Shown: in pieces, positions 9,530 to 12,948 of the stretch
Layout: each line of letters starts with the position of its first letter
Position numbering within the stretch: position 1 is the first letter of the stretch
DNA from: a bacterium
Lineage (GTDB): Bacteria; Zhuqueibacterota; Zhuqueibacteria; Oceanimicrobiales; Oceanimicrobiaceae
Assembly (NCBI GenBank): GCA_046757525.1
Contig: JBHHYI010000118.1
Span: 1-12,948, forward strand
DNA length: 12,948 nucleotides
Direction: 5' to 3'
The notes under the pieces: model-generated
Database searches by the model: none
What the model saw: only the letters and a program-made list of their open reading frames with translations
What the model was told of the DNA's origin: nothing
Made by a program: the position numbers and the translations under genes

Positions 9530-9608
9530 GATATGCCTCGTGGGCTTTGGCAAATGGTTTATTGGGATTTCTATAACACACAAAAATTATCAAAATCCAG
9601 GAGAACTG

Positions 9609-9622
9609 TTGACATCTGTCAA
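9609..9622. promoter_or_regulatory. Palindromic operator TTGACATCTGTCAA (FNR/CRP-family-like box, also a perfect -35 hexamer)
   Basis: TTGACA-TC-TGTCAA inverted repeat; fits the FNR-type geometry TTGAY-N4-RTCAA. Confidence 0.55.
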
Positions 9623-9726
9623 AATCGCTAATATGGCGGTGAGGAAATGCCAACCCTTGAGGTGCAAAGAAGCATGAGCAGTCTTTGGCAGAATTGTCAG
9701 AGATTTCTAATCGTGGAGTAGCAACC

Positions 9727-10116
9727 TTGCTAACATTCACACGAAACATCATCATCTTATTCGTCCTGTTGGGTTTTTCCATCAATTTGTTGCCCATCGG
9801 TTCTGTGATTTTTTCCTGTGTATGTGCAGAGCAAGTTAATTGCAAATATTGTCAGAGGGGTATGTGCTGTTCCAATTCTGTTGGTGAGCGAGACCAATCC
9901 CGGGCAAACCAGCTTTGCTGTATGCACCATGAGAAAAATCAAAGCGAGAGACCCCAAAAGGCTCCTTTGCCATTCCTAAGAGATTTTTTGGTCGTGCAAA
10001 CCGGGTGGAATGCAGAGCTCGAAATCCAGATCTATTCCACGGATCGATCGGCCTTCTTCCGGGACTATGTTACCGCAATCGTTAAGCCTCCGCCCAAGAT
10101 CTCGCCTCGTGTTTAA
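9727..10116 (+). CDS. Small Cys-rich exported protein with C-terminal polyproline (DUF2946/HYC_CC_PP-like architecture), about 129 aa
   Basis: TTG at 9727 lies 8 nt after GGAG. The protein has a hydrophobic N-terminus, CxC, CxxC, CC and CCMHH motifs (8 Cys), and ends KPPPKISPRV. Confidence 0.7.
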   Translation: MLTFTRNIIILFVLLGFSINLLPIGSVIFSCVCAEQVNCKYCQRGMCCSNSVGERDQSRANQLCCMHHEKNQSERPQKAPLPFLRDFLVVQTGWNAELEIQIYSTDRSAFFRDYVTAIVKPPPKISPRV

Positions 10117-10166
10117 CTAACTTTTGAATTACAACCGCAACTTTTCTTAGAGAACAAGCTCTGAAC

Positions 10167-10300
10167 GAGCCTGTTGCAGACGGCTCCTGATGTCCACGGA
10201 ACCAACAAGGGACAGAACGCTTGTGTAGGCCTTGTCACCTTTGCTCTGACCTGTCATAGACGTTCTGTGCCCTTGCCACCGGGAGTCAAACTGCAAGTTC
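10167..10300 (+). promoter_or_regulatory. Long irregular intergenic stem-loop upstream of the porin gene
   Basis: Nested helices: TTGCAG 10174-79 / CTGCAA 10291-96; GGCTCCTG 10182-89 / CGGGAGTC 10280-87; CAAGGGACAGAACG 10206-19 / CGTTCTGT(G)CCCTTG 10261-75. Confidence 0.65.
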
Positions 10301-10358
10301 AACCTGAACGGTTGTGGCGACGCCAACTGGAACCTGAATAATTGTAAAGGAGTGTTTC

Positions 10359-11486
10359 ATGATTTTCGGACAACAGAGATGGGTCGTTGTTTGGCTTGCA
10401 ATCATATTCTGCCAGAGCACGATCTGGGCGCAAAGCCAGGATGAAGCTGTTTCACTAGACCAGAATCAGACAACCTCGCAGTTCCCGGACCTGGAAGGGT
10501 CTTATGGCAAGCTGCGAGTGTCTGGTTTCGGGGTTGGAGCGTATGAGTACGTGGGAAATACAAACGACAATTCTTTTAAGGCTGACAAAGTTGCAATCAG
10601 CGCTTTCGAACAAGTCAATTCCCAGCTCTACTTTTTCGGGCAGCTAACCACCGCGCTGGAAGAAGAGGCAACGGGAATCGAAATTGACAATCTCATTTTG
10701 AGCTATACGCCGGCTGGTTTGCCAGGTTTAACCATTCTGGGAGGCAAGTTCGACGCTCCCGTCGGTTTTGAAAGAGACGATGAGCCATTGAATTTTCAGG
10801 CCAGCAATTCGTTCAATTTTGAACTGGGCCGCCCTGTCAAGTATTCGGGAGTGCAAGTGATGTACACGTTGAATCCAACGTGGAGTCTCACCGGGTACGT
10901 GGTCAATGGTTGGAATTTGGATGTGGACAACAACAAAGCCAAAACCGTGGGAACGCGCCTTGGTTTCTCGCCAGGGGAATTGAGCAACTTGGGACTGTCC
11001 TTTGTTCTGGGTTTCCCAAAAGAAAACGACGACCGACGGGTGCGTGTCCTAACCAACATTGATTACACGCTGCAGACTGGTCGCAACTGGGTGGTAGCCG
11101 GCGAAATCAATTTGGGCCGAGAGGAGGGGGCTGGTGAGAACGGACAGACAGCGGATTGGTTTGGCGGTCAGCTCACCAGTTACTACCAGGCGACCAACCG
11201 ACTGGGACTCGCATTGCGCTACGACGTTTTTCGTGACGCCGACGGTGCCAGGACGGGACTGACACAAACTTTGCAGTCCTTCAGTATTGGGCCTTCCTGG
11301 AAGCTAAAACGAAGCCAGTACGGTGCCTATTCGGTGCGTGAACATACCACCTTTGGAATTCCCCAATTCGAGATCCGTTTAGAATTTCGTGTCAACCATT
11401 CGAATCAACCTTTCTTTGAAGACCTGGATGAATCTCTTGACCGGTGGGAAACTCGCACAGAGATTCAAACAGTCATTGTATTTTAG
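10359..11486 (+). CDS. Outer-membrane beta-barrel porin, BBP2/OmpL-like (DUF1597) family
   Basis: RBS AAAGGAG, signal peptide (IWA|Q), GKFDAPVGFE, P....G and NGW....DNNKAKT motifs, amphipathic strands and C-terminal Phe. Confidence 0.85.
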   Translation: MIFGQQRWVVVWLAIIFCQSTIWAQSQDEAVSLDQNQTTSQFPDLEGSYGKLRVSGFGVGAYEYVGNTNDNSFKADKVAISAFEQVNSQLYFFGQLTTALEEEATGIEIDNLILSYTPAGLPGLTILGGKFDAPVGFERDDEPLNFQASNSFNFELGRPVKYSGVQVMYTLNPTWSLTGYVVNGWNLDVDNNKAKTVGTRLGFSPGELSNLGLSFVLGFPKENDDRRVRVLTNIDYTLQTGRNWVVAGEINLGREEGAGENGQTADWFGGQLTSYYQATNRLGLALRYDVFRDADGARTGLTQTLQSFSIGPSWKLKRSQYGAYSVREHTTFGIPQFEIRLEFRVNHSNQPFFEDLDESLDRWETRTEIQTVIVF

Positions 11487-11496
11487 AGGCCGTGCG

Positions 11497-12027
11497 ATGA
11501 ATACAACCAACTTGACCAAAGCTTCTTCACCGATTAAACTCCTGTCTACGTTGTTCATGCTTGGCATTGGGATCAGTTACTTTTTCGGTCTGCTCATGGT
11601 CGTGACCTGGGTGGGACTGACACCGAACAAAGTCACGCAGACGCTTTCAAAGCAGCCAGGTCCTTCTGAGGCCGTAGGACAGGAATCGACGGTAACCGAA
11701 GAACCAATAAATCTGAATGAAGAAATCGAAGTGCCCCACTTAATCGACCGGAATCTCCTCGTTCAGGATACGCACGTGCATCTCCCGGTCTATTCGCTCA
11801 TAGCCGTTGTGCTGGCACTGATTGCGGCTGGCATAGAATTGAAAACCAGCATTAAGATGTGGTTAATTGCCTTTCTTTTCCTGGGTGGCTGGCTGGATTT
11901 CCTGGGTATGTGGGGGGTAAAATATCTTGCTGCGGGTTTTGCTTATGTGACTCTGGCTGGTGGGTGGATTATGTTTGTTAGTTGGCTTCTGGTAGCCGTC
12001 CTGGCCATGAGGCAAATGTGGTTTTAA
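11497..12027 (+). CDS. Four-TM inner-membrane protein with THVHL motif, 176 aa, function unknown
   Basis: ATG 11497 with GAGG overlapping the porin stop; TM1, an acidic loop, LLVQDTHVHL, then three further hydrophobic helices. Confidence 0.8.
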   Translation: MNTTNLTKASSPIKLLSTLFMLGIGISYFFGLLMVVTWVGLTPNKVTQTLSKQPGPSEAVGQESTVTEEPINLNEEIEVPHLIDRNLLVQDTHVHLPVYSLIAVVLALIAAGIELKTSIKMWLIAFLFLGGWLDFLGMWGVKYLAAGFAYVTLAGGWIMFVSWLLVAVLAMRQMWF

Positions 12028-12043
12028 TATCTTGGAGGAAATA

Positions 12044-12628
12044 ATGAAAAAGCTATTCAGTAAATTCTTTTTTTGGGGTGTCTTGCTGTTGAGTTCCATT
12101 TCTGTTGCTCGTGCCCATATTACTCCGATGGTGCATCTGATCAAGCACAACGAAGCTATCAAAACTTTGCTCGCCGGGGGGCAATCCTTTTTTGTGAAAA
12201 ATGTCAAGATCGGGCAGAAAGAATTAGGAGACATCCGTTCCGCTGCCCATTGGACACCAGACTTGAGCAGTTACAGATTTTTTTACGGCAAGGATTCCGC
12301 TGGGAATCTGATCGGCGATGCGTTGTTGATTTCTGTAAACAGTAAGCACGGGCCATTGACGCTGGCGATTGGTTTCACCAGCCAGAACCTGGTAACCGCG
12401 GTGTTGGTGACGGATGTCGGCATTGAACCGCTGCCCTGGATTCGTCGACTCATGAATAAGAAGTTTCTCGATAGGTTCACGGGCAAGGGGGAAGGCCAGG
12501 TAACTGAGGTACTAAAAGAGGTCTCAAAAAAAGAGCTCGGAAGTATGGCTTATTATTATGCTAAAGTCATCGCAAAAGGCGTGTCGAGGGCTTTAGTATT
12601 GCAACGCGTTTTGTTTGAGTTGAAGTAG
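12044..12628 (+). CDS. Exported FMN-bind (RnfG/NqrC)-like protein lacking the flavinylation motif, 194 aa
   Basis: RBS GGAGG and signal peptide ARA|H. SKHGPLTLAIG, V..V.V....E, FLDRFTGK and GVSRAL resemble FMN-bind domain proteins, but there is no [ST]GA[ST]. Confidence 0.7.
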   Translation: MKKLFSKFFFWGVLLLSSISVARAHITPMVHLIKHNEAIKTLLAGGQSFFVKNVKIGQKELGDIRSAAHWTPDLSSYRFFYGKDSAGNLIGDALLISVNSKHGPLTLAIGFTSQNLVTAVLVTDVGIEPLPWIRRLMNKKFLDRFTGKGEGQVTEVLKEVSKKELGSMAYYYAKVIAKGVSRALVLQRVLFELK

Positions 12629-12707
12629 GCGCCCGCTAAGAAATCGAGCTTTACTCAACCTTGAAAGGTCAGTCAGGTAGGAAATATGTTCTTTTCCTTA
12701 AGAACCG

Positions 12708-12746
12708 ATCAAACGGTGACCTTCTTTGCGAAGGTTACCGTTTGAT
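12708..12746 (+). terminator. 17-bp hairpin, probable terminator or 3' stabiliser of the porin operon
   Basis: ATCAAACGGTGACCTTC-TTTGC-GAAGGTTACCGTTTGAT (one G-U), 80 nt after the last stop; U-tract is short. Confidence 0.6.
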
Positions 12747-12825
12747 AAAAGGTGTCACAACACAAAAATGGTTGCTTTGAATTCTGGAAACGTTATTCCA
12801 GATGTTTCCAGAAAGCACTGTGCGA

Positions 12826-12933
12826 GTCACCCCAAGTAGGTCACTGTTGTTTTAGCGATCGTACCGAGGGGGTGAGGGGCGTCGCCCTTCGACACGTCCC
12901 GACCCAAAAGCGGTCGGGACTACTCAGGACGAC
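12826..12933. repeat. Inverted pair of REP-like units (BIME-like)
   Basis: GTCACCCCAAGTAG...CGTACCGAGGGG faces CCCTTCGACACG...CTACTCAGGACGAC; perfect 9-bp internal hairpin 12896-12920. Confidence 0.6.
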
Positions 12934-12948
12934 TACCTGTGTGCTCAA

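Noticed and set aside
9140..9583. 147-aa ORF as an intact gene
   Set aside because: Only about 50 codons from ATG 9529 resemble IS110 transposase; the rest appears to be read-through into non-coding sequence
9573..9591. Possible Fur box (GATAAT... on the minus strand)
   Set aside because: Only about 9 of 19 positions match the consensus
11389..11496. Extended start of the membrane protein overlapping the porin
   Set aside because: ATG 11497 has a GAGG RBS and avoids a 98-nt overlap
1..12948. CRISPR array, tRNA, rRNA or T-box
   Set aside because: No regularly spaced repeats or recognisable RNA gene motifs were seen; the his leader is explained by peptide attenuation

Overview
Window from a diderm bacterium; the lineage cannot be fixed from sequence alone. 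It begins with a REP-like palindromic cluster (1-180) and a YfiM/DUF2279-like gene on the + strand. A nine-gene histidine operon follows on the - strand: hisG-D-C-B-H-A-F-I-N, with no hisE. The operon is preceded by a 37-aa His-rich leader peptide missing from the ORF track and a complete 1:2/2:3/3:4 transcription attenuator. Upstream lie a structured non-coding segment and a truncated IS110-family transposase. A divergent, largely uncharacterised + strand unit starts with a TTGAC-N4-GTCAA palindrome, a Cys-rich exported ORF ending in KPPP and a ~130-nt intergenic stem-loop. It continues with a BBP2-type porin, a 4-TM THxH membrane protein and an FMN-bind-like exported protein that lacks the flavinylation motif but has an N-terminal His. 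A 17-bp hairpin and a second REP-like inverted pair close the window. The porin unit is the best candidate for an undescribed metal-responsive envelope system. All family assignments are from recalled motifs; no searches were run.
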